From Carcharhinus longimanus (taxonomy: Eukaryota): a stretch of DNA of 64,000 nucleotides. Numbering within the stretch: the first letter of the stretch is position 1; each line of letters begins with the position of its first letter. Shown here in pieces: positions 25,251 through 38,807 of the stretch. Both the position numbers and the translations under genes were made by a program. The notes below the pieces were generated by a model. The model searched no databases and was not told the origin of the DNA. It was given only the letters and a program-made list of their open reading frames with translations. The DNA is taken from NCBI GenBank assembly GCA_030264375.1, contig JASCQW010000032.1, positions 31,738,617 to 31,802,616 on the forward strand. Direction: 5' to 3'.

Positions 25251-25608
25251 TCCTAGGGCATTATCAATTGAAAATCCAACCCTCAGTTTCAACAGGAAAT
25301 TGTTCCAGCAGAATCCAGTCAGACATGCATTTCCTTCTGGTCCATGTTTAGATGCCTCTAAGTGTTAGTAGCAAGGGTTTCAGAGGTACAGCTCATTCTC
25401 AGCAATTACCTATCCCTTCTGTCATTTTCTTGAAACAGGACTGTCTCAGTGGGCTGTGCTATACAAAGGCAAGACTGCTAACACAATATCACGCTTCCAT
25501 CTGCATTATTCTATTCCTGTGGTCTAGGCCACGTGTAAACTGATGTAATGAAAGAGTATTCTAATTGTATTTGCCAGCTTAGCTTGCAAAAAATGTAAAA
25601 ATTTTATC

Positions 25609-25792
25609 ATGGCCAATGCACCTAACTAATGCGTCTTTCGAACCATGGGATGAAACCGGAGGACTCAGAGGAAACTCACACAGACACAGGGGGAATGTGC
25701 AGACTCCACACAGACAGTAGCCTAAGCTGGGAACTGAACTGTGGTCTCTGATGCTGTGAAGTAGCAGTGCTAACCATTGTGCCACCATGCCG
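25609..25792 (-). mobile_element. V-SINE 5' half
   Basis: HE1-like head and body, tail absent. Confidence 0.85.
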
Positions 25793-26468
25793 TCACTGTG
25801 ATACCACTGTTGATGATCCTTCCGTCATGTTATTAATGATTGAGAGTGGACTGATAGAGGGATAATTGGTCGGATTGGATATTTGCATGCTGGGCATACC
25901 TGGGGAATTTTCTACATTGTCAGGTAGATGCTGTACTAGAACAGCTTGGCTTGGGGCAAGTTCTTGAGCACAAGTCTTCAGCACTATTGCTTGAATGTTG
26001 TCAGGGCCCATAACTGTGCAGCGTCTTCAGCCATTTCTTGATATCTTGTGAAGTAAATCAAATTGGTTGAAGACACTGTGTTACTGGGGATCTCCAGAGA
26101 AGGCTGAAATCTTCACTGATTTCCACTGATCTACTGAGCTGCTCTGGCTGAAGATTGCTGCAAATGCTTCAGCCTTATCTTTTGCACTGATGTGCTGGGC
26201 CCCTCCATCATTGAGGATGGGGATATTTGTAGAGCCTCCTCCTCCAGTGAGTTGTTTAATTGCCCACCGCCATTCACGACTAGATGTGATAGTTCTTCAA
26301 AACTAAGATCTTATCCCTTGGATCTAAAAGTACATTTCTGTCTATGGCTTGTTCTTTCTGTTGTTTGGCCATGCAAGTAGTCCTATATTGCAGCTTTACT
26401 AGGTTGACACCACATTTTTGGATATGCCTATTCCAACTCCTAGCATGGCCCCCTGCACTCTTCATTGA

Positions 26469-26664
26469 TGTGGTGATGCCGGTGTTGGACTGAGGTAAAA
26501 CAGAAAAAAATCCCACAACATCAGCTTAAAGCCCAAACAGGTTTATTTGTAGCAAAAGCCACACAAGTTTTCGGGACAGGCTGTCCCTTTGTCAGGTGGT
26601 TAGGAGTTCTGAGCACTCCCAGCCACCTGACGAAGGGACAGCCTGTTCCGAAAGCTTGTGGCTT
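26469..26664. mobile_element. Penelope-like insertion with inverted pLTR piece and 8-bp TSD
   Basis: TTCATTGA at 26461-26468 and 26665-26672; inverted arms around 26610. Confidence 0.85.
26621..26663 (+). ncRNA. Minimal type I hammerhead ribozyme motif
   Basis: AGCCAC-CTGACGA-A-GGGACA-GCC-TGTTCC-GAAA-GC-TT-GTGGCT: stem I 6 bp, core boxes intact, stem II 6 bp, palindromic AAGCTT helix III. Confidence 0.75.
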
Positions 26665-27392
26665 TTCATTGAACCAGGGTTGGTCCCCTGGCTTAGTGGT
26701 AATGATAGAATGGGGGATATGCCAGGCCTTGTGGGTACAGATTGTGCTTAAGTACAATTCTGCTGCTGCTGATGGCCCACAGGGCCTCATGGTTGCCTAG
26801 GCTTGAGTTGTTAGCTCTGTTCAAAATCTATGTGGTAATGCTACACAGCAAGATGGGGAGTATCCTCATTGTGAAGATTCTTGCATATGCACAAACACTG
26901 TGTGATGGTTACTCTCACCAATGCTGCCGTGGACAATGCACCTGCGGCAGGCAGGAGGTTAGTGGGATCGAGTCAAATATGTTTCCCCTCTTGTTAGTTT
27001 CTTCACCACCTGTTGTAGACCCAGTCTAGCAACTATGTCCTTGAGAAATTAGCCAGCTTGGTTTGTAATGTTGCTACCGGTCCACTCTTAGTAATGAACA
27101 TAAAAGATCTCCCACCCAGAGTACATTCTGCACCCTTGCCCTCAGTGCTTCCTCCAAGTGGTACTCAACATAGAGGAGTACCAATCCATCAACTGGTGGG
27201 GAGGGGTGGGGTGGAGCCAGTAATCAGCAGGAAATATCCTTGCCCATGTTTGACTTGATGCCATGAGACTTCATGGGGTCTAGAGTTGATGTTGAAGCCT
27301 CCCAGTGCAACTCCCTCCCGATTGTACATTGCTACGGAATGGTTATTGTGGTGCCTGTATGAGTACCTGAGTATGACTAGCTCAGGTTATTG

Positions 27393-27393
<1 letters not shown>

Positions 27394-27452
<59 letters not shown>
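27394..27452 (+). repeat. (TG)n microsatellite
   Basis: Direct reading, one interruption. Confidence 0.98.
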
Positions 27453-27714
27453 CTGAGTGATAGCTCTCCCAATTTTAGCACTAACCTTCTATAAGGAGGA
27501 CTTCACAGGGGCGACAGGGGTGGGCTTGTCACCATTGCCTAGGTTGATGCCAGATGATCTGCCCACTAGCCTAGCAGTGCCAACCTACACCAAGGGGTGG
27601 GCCCAGTGGAGATGGGGTTCATTTGTCTTCTGTGGTGGAGGGGCGGGGGGAAGGGGTATTGGTGATGGCTGGTGGGGGGGAGGTGGAAGCATACTGTATG
27701 CTTCCCAGCTGTCC

Positions 27715-27890
27715 TATCCTTAAACTCAAGCCTTTCTCTAGTTTCTCTCCTATTTCCCTCATGACGTCTCTCATCTTTCCACGAAACCCTCCTACTACTC
27801 TCATGATCCTATCCCCACCAAATTGCTGACCACCTACCTTCCCTTCCTGACTCCCACTTTACCTGATCTTGTTCATAACTCCTCGTCAGA
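27715..27890 (+). mobile_element. L2 LINE ORF2 fragment
   Basis: DPIPTKLLTTYLPFLTPTLPDLVHNS. Confidence 0.7.
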
Positions 27891-28061
27891 TACCCACGCT
27901 CTCCTCTCAAACCCCTTTAAAAGTTTGACCATTTTAACTCCATTGCTTCTTCTTATTCTTACTTCCAAGGTCCTGCACTTTGCACTCCCTGCATTGAATT
28001 TAATTGATTGTGTTTACCCATCCTGCCAGTCTGGGTAAGTCCTCCTGAAGTTTGGTGCTCC

Positions 28062-28167
28062 AACAATAACAGAAAATGCTGGAAAATCTTAGCAGGTCTG
28101 ACAGCATCTGTGGAGAGAGAGAATTGAGTCTCATCTCTTCGAATCTGGATGACTCTTTGTCAGAGCT
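28062..28167 (-). mobile_element. Second Penelope-like family pLTR end with decayed hammerhead
   Basis: Minus strand CTGACAAA GAGTC ATCCA GATTC GAA, then CTCCACAGATGCTGTCAGACCTGCT..TTTTCCAGCATTTTCTG. Confidence 0.65.
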
Positions 28168-28623
28168 ATTCTTCTCACTGTTTGCTGCATTTGCAACTTA
28201 ATGCACCATCACAGTGTGAACTGAAAACAAGTCAACTTTAGCCAATTCAGGTGTTTCTCTGAAACTGCTGGCAGGCTAAGAGTTAAGATTCACCCAAGTC
28301 TCTACTTCAAGAATTAATCTGTCAGCGGTGGAGATGTTTTGAGATTCACGGAACAAATGTAAGCCAAAACTGAACATATAAAACAAAATCTTGACATCTG
28401 GTGTGACCCTTCTCTCTCTCTCTCCTTCCAGCTGCTCCTGGTCACCTTTTCATAGAACATAGAACATAGAACATTACAGCGCAGAACAGGCCCTTCGGCC
28501 CACGATGTTGCGCCGACCAGTTAANNNNNNNNNNNNNNNNNNNNNNNNNNNNNNNNNNNNNNNNNNNNNNNNNNNNNNNNNNNNNNNNNNNNNNNNNNNN
28601 NNNNNNNNNNNNNNNNNNNNNNN

Positions 28624-28957
28624 NTTGTTTCCACTGGTGGGTGAAACTAGAACTAGGGGGCATAGCCTCAAAATAAGGGGAAGCAGATTTAGGACTGAGT
28701 TCAGGAGGAACTTCTTCACACAAAGGGTTGTGAATCTGTGGAATTCCCTGCCCAGTGAAGAAATTGAGGCTACCTCATTGAATGTTTTTAAGGCAAAGAT
28801 AGAAAAATTTTTGAACTGTAAAGGCATTAAGGGTTATGGTGAGTGGGCAGGTGAGCGGAACTGAGTCTACGAGAAGATCAGCCATGATCTTATTGAATAG
28901 CGGAGCAGGCTTGAGGGGCCAGATGGCCTAATCCTGCTCCTAGTTCTTATGTTCTTA
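28624..28957 (+). mobile_element. CR1/HER1 LINE 3' end (an opposite-strand CR1 tail lies at 28452-28523 across the gap)
   Basis: RTRGHSLKIRG..RRNFFTQRVVNLWNSLP; TTCTTATG tail. Confidence 0.95.
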
Positions 28958-29309
28958 CGTAAAGCTGACAGTGCATGCTTTCTGCAAGATGTGGGATAAG
29001 GCTTCCAGTAGTGCTAAGTGTATGAGGATGAAAAGCAGATGAATGTTAGGGATATTGGGGGCGATTCTCCCAGCGCAGAGGGCTGGGAGACTCAAGTGGA
29101 GGCCATTTAGCGAGCTTCCCATAGGCCGCCATGGCCTCCATGATTTTTGGCACTGGATTTCCAGCGCCCTCAGCTCTGGCCCAGAAATTGGCATGGAACT
29201 GTATAATTTATTTAAATGAGGATTAGCATTTCATTAGCAGACTTGGGGCTGGTCCCTGGGCCCGCTAGTGTGTTCCCCCCCAACCCTTCCAGGAATATTT
29301 CACTCCAGT

Positions 29310-29472
29310 GGACTAACCTTGCATTAAGTTAGATCTGTCTCTGCACTGTAGCTACGATTGCAACACTACATTCTGCACTCTTTCGTTTCCTTCTTTATGA
29401 ACAGTATGCTTTGTCTGTAAAGCGCTCAAGAAATAATACTTTTCACATGTGACAATAATAAATCAAATCAAA
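29310..29472 (+). mobile_element. Rex1 3' UTR fragment
   Basis: Homologous to 13000-13170, ends AATAATAAATCAAATCAAA. Confidence 0.85.
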
Positions 29473-30694
29473 GTATTAGTTCCCTCCTGCTGGAGTGCCC
29501 AGTCAATGAAGAGTGTGGCTAATACTAATGGTTGCAGGGCTCATTCAGATAAGCAGGCAGCCTGAATTTGACATGCTACCTGCATTGTGAACAATGGGCT
29601 CAGGTTCTTTGTGCATTGACCCCTGTGCCTGTTTGCTTGCACTATTTAATTTAACCTCCGCAGTGTTTTATTTCAGCAAGGGTAGGGATGATGAATGAGG
29701 TGGACTTGTGTGGCTAAGTTGGTGTTTATGGAGGATTGAGGATAGGACACTACCTGGAGAACATTGAATTCAAGCATGCCTGAAGCAGAAGAAGATGTGA
29801 CTGAGGACTTCAACCAGAGATGGGCTGAGGTTGGAGGCAAGCAATGTTCTTGAGATGGAGGTAGGTTGTATTTCCAGTGCAACGGTTAGCTTGAGGTGGA
29901 ATTGGATGGCAAAATTGGGAAGGATCATGGTTAGGCTAATAACAACCAGAATAAAGGAATATATTTGGAATGTGGCATCATACTCAAGGGCTTGGAGATG
30001 TAGTAATCATTCCAATCCAACTTCCTATAACTTTTCGGGTAATTCTATCACCCCTGTTGCTGTTTCAGATATCATTTAGACTTTTCCTTGATATTATTTT
30101 ATCAGTGACTGTAACCCATCGATTTTCATTTTAATTTATAAAATAATTCTGCTTGGAAAATCTAAGCCCTTCCCAGACACACACAATGCATTATTATAGA
30201 TCGATTGGTAGGCAGCTATTTTTACTCCAGTTTCAAGAGATGGAGGAAATTTATATATGGTGGCGACTTTTTTGAAGACTTTTAATTTATCGTCTCAAAA
30301 AGCATGTTTGGCATTAAAATACATCAGCTGCCTCATCAGTTTGAAGTGAATACACCCAAAACATTGCCTTTCTTCCCCTGACCAATCTTTCAAGCAAATC
30401 CTGAACTTCTGATTATGATTACAATTCCAGATTTCACGGTCTTTGCCTTCCTTTTAATAACTTCACTTCCCTTTCCCTTCCATTTTTTTTTAAACAGGGA
30501 CAATGTTTTAACTCCCGCTTAAAAAATTCTTTTTCGGATGCTAATGTTAATCTTGTCCATTATAAAACGTTTTCTTCTTTATTTCATTAAGAAATAAATC
30601 CATCTGAGTTTCATCCAATATATCTTTCTGTCAGCCTGTGTCAGCTCATCACTTTCACTAACAAATAATTTCTTCTCACTGTTGGCAATTGGAG

Positions 30695-31020
30695 CCATAG
30701 AGTCATAATGCCTTATTGCACAAAAAGAGGTCCTTTGGCCCATCGTATCTGTGCTGACCATCAAGCACCTTTCTATTCCAATTCCAGTCTTGTGCTGTCA
30801 CCTTGCATGATATGATATGTTTCAAATGTTCAGCTAAATGCTTCTCAAATGTTTCAGGCAGTGAGTTCCAGATTCCCATCACCCTTTGGATGAAAAAGTT
30901 TTTCCTCAAATCCTTCTAAATCTCCTGCTCCTTACCTTAAATCTAAGCCCCTTGGTTGTTAACCTCTCTCTGAAAGAGGAAAATTCATTCCTATCTACCC
31001 TACGTATGTCCTCATGTTTC
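30695..31020 (-). mobile_element. CR1 LINE 3' end, degenerate
   Basis: RKNFFIQRVMGIWNSLP. Confidence 0.85.
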
Positions 31021-31620
31021 TGTCTCTTTATCTTCCTCTGCTCTTTCTATATTTTGTTCCATTAGAAGGAGAAGCAATTGTGGCCCACGTAGAAATTTTG
31101 GCTCCCCTGACTTGGACTCTGAAAGAGTTAATAATCGCACTAGCTTAAAAATCACAAGTTGTATCTCAGTCACACAGGGGAAACTATGAGAAAACCACAG
31201 GCCTTGATTAAAGCAGACCCAGATTAGAGTCAAGACTACTCAATTACATGATATGCAACTGCAGCTCGTGAGTGTGCATTAGAACAAGGGACAATGGAAA
31301 TGGGAGAAAGGGGAGGTGATATATCATTGGTCAGACTTATAGTTATCATTGATGATATTATAATTAAGTAGACGTGTACAAGATGTAATTAGGCAACTAT
31401 ACACTTATGTAAACCTAATTGATAGTTGTGAGTGGATATAGATATAACTTCTGCGCAAATGGATATCTTTTGATTGGTATATGCAAATTTCTTGTAACTG
31501 GATCTTAACAATGAATGACTGTTTAATTCCTAGACTGAGGGTTTCCCTGGTAAACCACTAGTTCAGCACTGGGATCAGCCCATTCTACAGTTCATAATAA
31601 AGGCATTGTCTGAAACTCAA

Positions 31621-31929
31621 AGGGAGGAATTTTCCCATCCCACTCACCATGGGAAATAAAGAACAAAGAAGAACAAAGAAAAGTACATCACAGGAACAGT
31701 TCCTTTGGTCCTCCAAGCCTGTGCCAATCATGATGTCCTAACTAAACTAAAGCAAAAATCCTTCTGCCCTTACTCAGTCCATATCCCTCTATTCCCTTCC
31801 TATTCATGTATCCATCCAGGTGCCTCTTGAATTTCAGCAGGTTGTTGAGAGAGGGAACAATGAAAAAATCCATTGACCTTGGATGGGATTTACTGGTTTT
31901 GGGCCGAGTATGGTGGGAAAATCCCACCC
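31621..31929. mobile_element. MITE split by a minus-strand CR1 3' end (31656-31830)
   Basis: GGGAGGAATTTTCCCA ... TGGGAAAATCCCACCC; insert encodes FKRHLDGYMNRKGIEGY. Confidence 0.8.
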
Positions 31930-32425
31930 AAAGCGCCTTTATCTGGTTTTCTTGGGAGTGACAGAGAGAAGTACACAGTAGCCAAATAGCTGTATTTTCC
32001 CCCCAACTGGGCTCACGTCCACTTTTCCCAAATGCAAGACTCCACAAGCTGCTCCAGAAGCTGATTCTGCTATTACTTTGTGCCATTAGATGGTCTCTGA
32101 CAAGCAATTTTCCACCACCTCCTGCCAAATAGTCAGTCCTCATTGTGCCACAGTTGTAAAGAAAATAACCTCACCAGTCCAGTTTGATGGAAACTCATTG
32201 GCTAGTGGAATACAGGCCAGAGACTCTTACCCACGATGGATGCTCTTGAGAGAATGCTCCTATTAGTAATGTTCTAACTCGGATTTAAGATCATTGCACC
32301 AAAATAATTTTAGTGTTGGCTAGTTGGGAAAAAGGGATTAAGCAGTTTGGAAAGGTCTCCTTTCCCATACAGCTGCTCAGTATAACATTGTATGTTTCTC
32401 ACATAAATCAAACTTACTTTGACAG

Positions 32426-32905
32426 TGTTGGATATTGGTACTATTATGGCTGCTCATGTTTTTTCTACATAGTTCTGTAGCCAAACAGGCCATCTAAAAT
32501 GGCATTTTGTAAAGCACTCTGGGACAATTGGGCAAGAAACTAAACCGATAGGCTGCAGTTTAAAGACAGAAACAAACAGCTGTAACCCTGATGAGTGAAT
32601 AAACAGAATATGGGCCATCTCCAGGACGAAAGACACACAGTCACACTGGCTTGTTTCATCTCTAGAACGAAAGAGACTTTCTGGTCGCGCTGTGTTGTGT
32701 GCCAGGCACCGTGAACCCTTATTTAGAAGGAAGGTATGTGACCTATGTGCCTCCAATACCTACAGACATGGCCGCTGGGGACACACCCAGAGATTGGTGT
32801 GGTAGTACCTGATTAGACTCTTTTCGATCAGGGTGATCAAGTCCTGATCAATTGATTGGCAATGGCCAAAAAGTGGCGTGAAACCAAACAGGGTATAAAG
32901 GTTGC
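32426..32905 (+). mobile_element. Possible LTR U3 region running into a gap
   Basis: Starts TGTTGG, retains CpGs, ATTGG boxes and GGTATAAAG just before the gap; no 3' end or TSD visible. Confidence 0.35.
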
Positions 32906-34059
32906 NNNNNNNNNNNNNNNNNNNNNNNNNNNNNNNNNNNNNNNNNNNNNNNNNNNNNNNNNNNNNNNNNNNNNNNNNNNNNNNNNNNNNNNNNNNNNNN
33001 NNNNNNNNNNNNNNNNNNNNNNNNNNNNNNNNNNNNNNNNNNNNNNNNNNNNNNNNNNNNNNNNNNNNNNNNNNNNNNNNNNNNNNNNNNNNNNNNNNNN
33101 NNNNNNNNNNNNNNNNNNNNNNNNNNNNNNNNNNNNNNNNNNNNNNNNNNNNNNNNNNNNNNNNNNNNNNNNNNNNNNNNNNNNNNNNNNNNNNNNNNNN
33201 NNNNNNNNNNNNNNNNNNNNNNNNNNNNNNNNNNNNNNNNNNNNNNNNNNNNNNNNNNNNNNNNNNNNNNNNNNNNNNNNNNNNNNNNNNNNNNNNNNNN
33301 NNNNNNNNNNNNNNNNNNNNNNNNNNNNNNNNNNNNNNNNNNNNNNNNNNNNNNNNNNNNNNNNNNNNNNNNNNNNNNNNNNNNNNNNNNNNNNNNNNNN
33401 NNNNNNNNNNNNNNNNNNNNNNNNNNNNNNNNNNNNNNNNNNNNNNNNNNNNNNNNNNNNNNNNNNNNNNNNNNNNNNNNNNNNNNNNNNNNNNNNNNNN
33501 NNNNNNNNNNNNNNNNNNNNNNNNNNNNNNNNNNNNNNNNNNNNNNNNNNNNNNNNNNNNNNNNNNNNNNNNNNNNNNNNNNNNNNNNNNNNNNNNNNNN
33601 NNNNNNNNNNNNNNNNNNNNNNNNNNNNNNNNNNNNNNNNNNNNNNNNNNNNNNNNNNNNNNNNNNNNNNNNNNNNNNNNNNNNNNNNNNNNNNNNNNNN
33701 NNNNNNNNNNNNNNNNNNNNNNNNNNNNNNNNNNNNNNNNNNNNNNNNNNNNNNNNNNNNNNNNNNNNNNNNNNNNNNNNNNNNNNNNNNNNNNNNNNNN
33801 NNNNNNNNNNNNNNNNNNNNNNNNNNNNNNAAATCTCCTAGGAATTAAAGGAAAGAAAAAGCCACAGTTTAGTGAACTAAAGGGTATTTGTGTAGCCTGG
33901 GAAATTCCACAGGGTATACATACTCATTGCACAAAGGTCACTTAGTGTCAACAGTACCAAATTACACAATACATAATTTCCTTCCCCTGAAGCAAGAATG
34001 CCGTTACTTAGGAATCCACTTCTAAATTGATTTAAAACTGTGTGTATAAAATCAACAAG

Positions 34060-34520
34060 CATCTTCCAAGGCATCTGAGATGTTTGGGTGGAACTTCCTC
34101 CACTCTCTAGTGACAGTGAAGGAAATGTTGTACCAAACACTAGTCAGTCCACAACTTGGATCCAGCATAGACATTTGGGGCTCATATACTATTAAAAACA
34201 TTACCCTCCCTGAGGAAGTTCAATATCAGGGAGCTTTTATTACAAATAATTATTCACAAGTTACCTATATCTTCCAGATGATCATGTTGCTGGTCTTGAT
34301 AAGTCTCTAGAAAGGATGAAAAACCCACAGGTTGACATTCCTCCATAATTTTTTGAAAGGACAGTTAAATATTTCTATGAAGTGCATCAAGCCCCCAAAA
34401 AAATAAGTTTGTCAAGAGTTTACAGCAGCTCCAAATCCACACACCCCAATGCAAACTGCTTTTTATCAAGAACAATTAAGGATCACAACAATCTCCTATA
34501 AAGCTTAATCCATGCCTTCT
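34060..34520 (+). mobile_element. Old non-LTR RT C-terminal fragment
   Basis: KEMLYQTLVSPQLGSSIDIWGSYTIKNI..EEVQ resembles YxTLVRPxLEY..W motif. Confidence 0.6.
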
Positions 34521-35065
34521 AAAAGACTCATTTCAGGATAATCTTTTGAATGTTTGTAAAATGAGTTTGACCATCAGCTGCATTCACTGTGCATATCTTG
34601 TGAAACTTTGCCAGTCAAAGTACACAGAGGGAAACATTACCAAGTACCAAGACACAGTTCTCAGAAAAACTTTTGATCTAAAGTTCAACGAAATACACAC
34701 TTGTGCGCATTGTTATTATAGAGCAGATGTTCCAGGAAATTATGACAAGTGGCCCATGCTAAGTTCCTACAATGTCTGCATCATTCCATCATTATCCTTA
34801 AGAAAACAATGAGCTTTTGATCATTATTATAGATCTTTCTTCATTAAGATCCGTGGCAGTTGCCTTAATGTCTATTTTCTCACTGCTCCCAGGGCTGGAG
34901 CTGAGTCAGTGGTATGACTTATTGATTTAAAGAATTGATCAGCTGTTCAATTTACATGCCATGTGTTTTATCTCTGGGTGTCACCAGTAAGATTGTGAAT
35001 GTATAATGGAAGGTAGCAATGTGGTAAGGGGGGGCAGGGCAAGCTTGCAAGAGAACGTGATAACC

Positions 35066-35262
35066 ATAGGTGAGATCTTCCACTGTTCACAGCAGTGAGA
35101 TCTTCCAGTCCCACCTACAGCCGGGTTCCCAGTAGTGTGGGGTAGATTCAATGAGAAATCCCATTGACAGTAGCAAGACCAGAAGATCCTGCTGCTGGGT
35201 AACAATGGGCTGCCTCCCATCACTGAGAAACGGGCCGCAGGGAGGTATTGAATCTCGTCCCA
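35066..35262. mobile_element. ~200 bp MITE-like element
   Basis: Homologous to 54430-54628 (TCAATG..ATCCCATTGACA core). Confidence 0.6.
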
Positions 35263-35724
35263 TATTTTAAACAAACTGAGTGATCTATCTGAGCTGAGTC
35301 AAAACAAGTTTGGCTTCCATGGTTTCCCAATGTTTAGGCTAAACTGACTCTCAGCAGCTGCTAAGTTGAAAATGGAAACAGTTCACTGAGACTCTCAACG
35401 CCCAGAACTAGGAATGGAAATTCTCAGGATAAGGAGGGCCCACAGTTCCCATTGATACAGCTATCCATATCAGACACAGACCTTCATACTAGGAGAACGT
35501 TTTTCATTTTGGTTATGTTTTTACAATGCCCTGGTCCACTTTTGGCATATAGGTAAGGGTAACTTATAGCAATAGAGACGATGAACTTTAATCTATTGTT
35601 TTCCCCAAGTTCCATTGAAGGGCATCATTTCTCAATTTCAATTTTATTTCACACATTAATGAACAATCACCTAAATGCACTCAAGCTAATTTGAAAGAAA
35701 GATCTCCAACAATTCAATTCTCAT

Positions 35725-36045
35725 GGGCGGCATGGTAGAACAGTGGCTTCACAGCTCCAGGGACCTGGGTTCAATCCCTGGCTTGGGTCACCCTCTGTAT
35801 GGAGTTTGCATGTTCTCTTTGTGTCTGCGTGGGTTTCCTCCAGGTGCTCTAGTTTCCTTCTTCAGTCCAAAGATATGCAGGTTAGGTTGATTGGCCATGC
35901 TTAAAAATTGTCCCTTAGTGTCCTGAGATGTGTACGTTAGAGGGATTAGTGGGTGGGATATGCCGGTTGGGCCTGGGTGGGATTGTGGTTGGTGCAGACT
36001 TGATGGGCCAAAGGGCCTCTTTGTGTACTGTACAGTTCTATGGTT
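35725..36045 (+). mobile_element. HE1-type V-SINE
   Basis: Head, body and CR1-type tail. Confidence 0.9.
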
Positions 36046-38807
36046 TTATTACAGTTTCAAAAAAAATGCAGTTTGTAAAAATTTTTAAATGAAATGTGGT
36101 TGAATTTTATTAGAGATTTTGATGTTCATTAATACCACTGGATTGCAGGTTTGCACTCCATTTGACCAAACGATCCACATTATCAGACAAATCAGTGGTT
36201 CACACCATACAAAATAGACACAACAACTGCCCCTAATTGGAATGGGATATTGCTGGAAATTCCCAACGAAACAGTGTCTGATACTGTAATGTCAGAGATA
36301 CAGCAGATCTTTTAGTAATTGGCAAGAGAGATTCGTTTCACCTTTTAAATATATTCCCCAACATCTCGATGAACAATAATTTAATGCACTCTGAAATGTT
36401 TAGAAAAACGAGTTCAAGCATGCTGAGAGTCAGCTTTGAAATGTGCACACATCAAGCCTTGAGGTGTTTAGATTTTTTCAACAGCGAATGCCAAGGTTTC
36501 TTGGTGAAAATCAGTTTCTTATTCATAGTGAACGCCAACTCTTTTTCCACATTGCGATGAATATTCATTCCACTGAACACAATGGGGGTGATTCTCTCAG
36601 CCCCACTCTTGAAACAATCAGAGTTGCCACTCTGCACTAGGATGGCAAGCAGAGGGAGGGAAATGGCGATCAGGGCTGGCCATCCTAATGTGGGAGGGGG
36701 GGTGTCAGGTCTGTCGGGTGTTTGGAATTGTTGTGNNNNNNNNNNNNNNNNNNNNNNGGAGAACAGGACTGTCGGGGGGAGGGGGAGGAAAAGGGAGATT
36801 GAGCCTGACCAGATTGAAGGCAGGTGGTGGAGTGTCAGGGAGATCAGGGCTGGCCTGGGGAGGCTCGACATTTCAGCAATGGGGGTTGGGTTGCGGGGCA
36901 GGCCAGCAACCTGGAGGACGACAAAGGGGGGAGCCAGTGCGCATGTGCCGATCTCTGCTCCGACAGATTGGCACGTAAGCAGTGGCCTGCTCAGCGCTAT
37001 GCTGCTGGTCTCTTGGGTGGGAATAAACCCCACGCCCTGATTTTCAAATGGAATCCTGCTAGGGTACTCTGCGATGCACAATGTGTCAGAGATTTACTCT
37101 GGGGTTCAAGCTATAAAAACTAATTGGATTTACTCCCATTTTCCTGCAAATTGGGGGCTTAGAATTTTTTGGGAGAATCCCAGCCAATGAGTTCTGCTCA
37201 CACATTTATTTACACACATTTATTTATAACTATAGTCTCCAGCCACGGAAAATATTTGTAGCTTGTTGTAGCAAACATTTGCCATTAGTTGCATTGTTCC
37301 AGATTCACTACAGTCATTATGGCAGTTTAAGTTAGAAAACAAGGGCATTTGAGAATTAGTCAGCAATGGCTGGATCAGTGAACAAAACAACATGTAACAT
37401 TGATTACATTGTTCCAAGAAATTCTGGGAGTTAATACTAAGAAGCAACTTTTTGGGAGGGGCAGGTTACATCACATTAATAAAACGGTGTTAAAAGAGAA
37501 ATTGATGGATAAAGTCCAACAGTTTCCAGTGAAAAATAATTTTTTGGGTACTTATTTTAGGCATTAGAAATCTCAGACATTCTGGAAACAAACAGGAGAC
37601 AAGAGATGGAAGGGCAGAGATTGACACTGGGTTATGAAGGGACATAGGTGAGAGTGGAATGAGGAGACATGAGGGGTGAATGGAAGGGCACGGCTTGGCA
37701 TAGAGGGCAGTAGGGAAGGTGTATGGTACATAGAGAGGTACAGGGTTATGAGGAGACATGGAGAAAGTAGAGCGACATGGGGAAAATGGGGGGCAGGGGT
37801 TTGGGTGACTAGAGAGGCATGGGTATGACAGGACATGGGGGAGCATGAGGTGGCAATAATGAGGCATTGGGAGTGCTAGTGTAGTGAAGGATAAGGGTTT
37901 TTTTTTTATTTTGGCTGGGACAAAATTCTAAGGCGTCATGTCAGGCCTTTCAAACAGCTTACTCTGACACCCAGCAGGCCACCTGGACTTGCTTCTCTAA
38001 GTCTTCCCAGGTCACCTGGCTCGGTTCCAGCCCAAACCCACTGGCCGGTAGTGAAGATCCCATCTTCGGGGGCATTTTCTCCCAGGTTAGGTGAGCCGAG
38101 CCGGAAAATTTCCAATCTCCCCATACTTGAGAATGAAAACCCAGGCCAATGTGTCTCTCTGCCCTTCATCCTCCAGATCACAAGAGCCATACTCTCTCCA
38201 AATTCAGAGACATTTTACTTATGCCTGATTATATTTGTTGGAACCAATAAAATACTATTTCCTCACTGTAGCATTTTTAAGTGAAGAAAACATTCAGTAA
38301 ACTAAAAAAGTTGTCTTTTCCACATTTTCTATCAAGTCAAAAGACAGGCTTAGCTCTTCCTGTTTTGAGTTAATCAAATCGGGACACTTGAAACAATTTC
38401 GTTGTCTTGAATTTTCATGGCCAATTCAACTCTTTTCTATGAAATGATTAAGATACAAGCTACAATATAAAAACTAACTAATGCCTTTCTCGTGTATGAT
38501 GATGTAATAGTTATGGTTCTGAACTTTAGGCTTAGTGGTCACAAGTTTAAAAATCTTCTTTCTTCTTTAATTCCCTGCTTGAAGGCAGGTCTGTTACCAC
38601 ACTTAACTGCCATCTCCATCACGAGTAGACCAAACTGGCAATCAAACTATCGACATAAAAGATGTACAGCCAGCTGAACCAACTGACACACCCAGGAAAT
38701 CCAATTTGCTGTAGCAACATACACTTTTACATGCACATTGTAGCCTGGAGCTATGGAGATTGATAGTAGAGCTCCACTTTCTTTCCATCACTCAGAAGCT
38801 CACTCCC

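Larger units (their letters stand above)
25795..27560 (-). mobile_element. Decayed CR1/L2-group LINE ORF2
   Basis: GPDNIQAIVLKTCAQELA, SNPTNYPSISPLSII, KPGDQPWFNE; interrupted by a Penelope insert and (TG)n. Confidence 0.8.

Noticed and set aside
31160-31620. Possible LTR or promoter with ATTGG, ATGCAAAT and AATAAA
   Set aside because: No TG..CA ends or TSD could be fixed, and the motifs are short
32588-32645. CTGATGAG...CGAAAG as a hammerhead
   Set aside because: Stem II has only 2 bp and there is no correctly placed UH or stem I
37600-37870. Purine-rich degenerate repeats (also 40850-41330 and 49340-49510)
   Set aside because: Low-complexity interiors of old elements with no consistent unit
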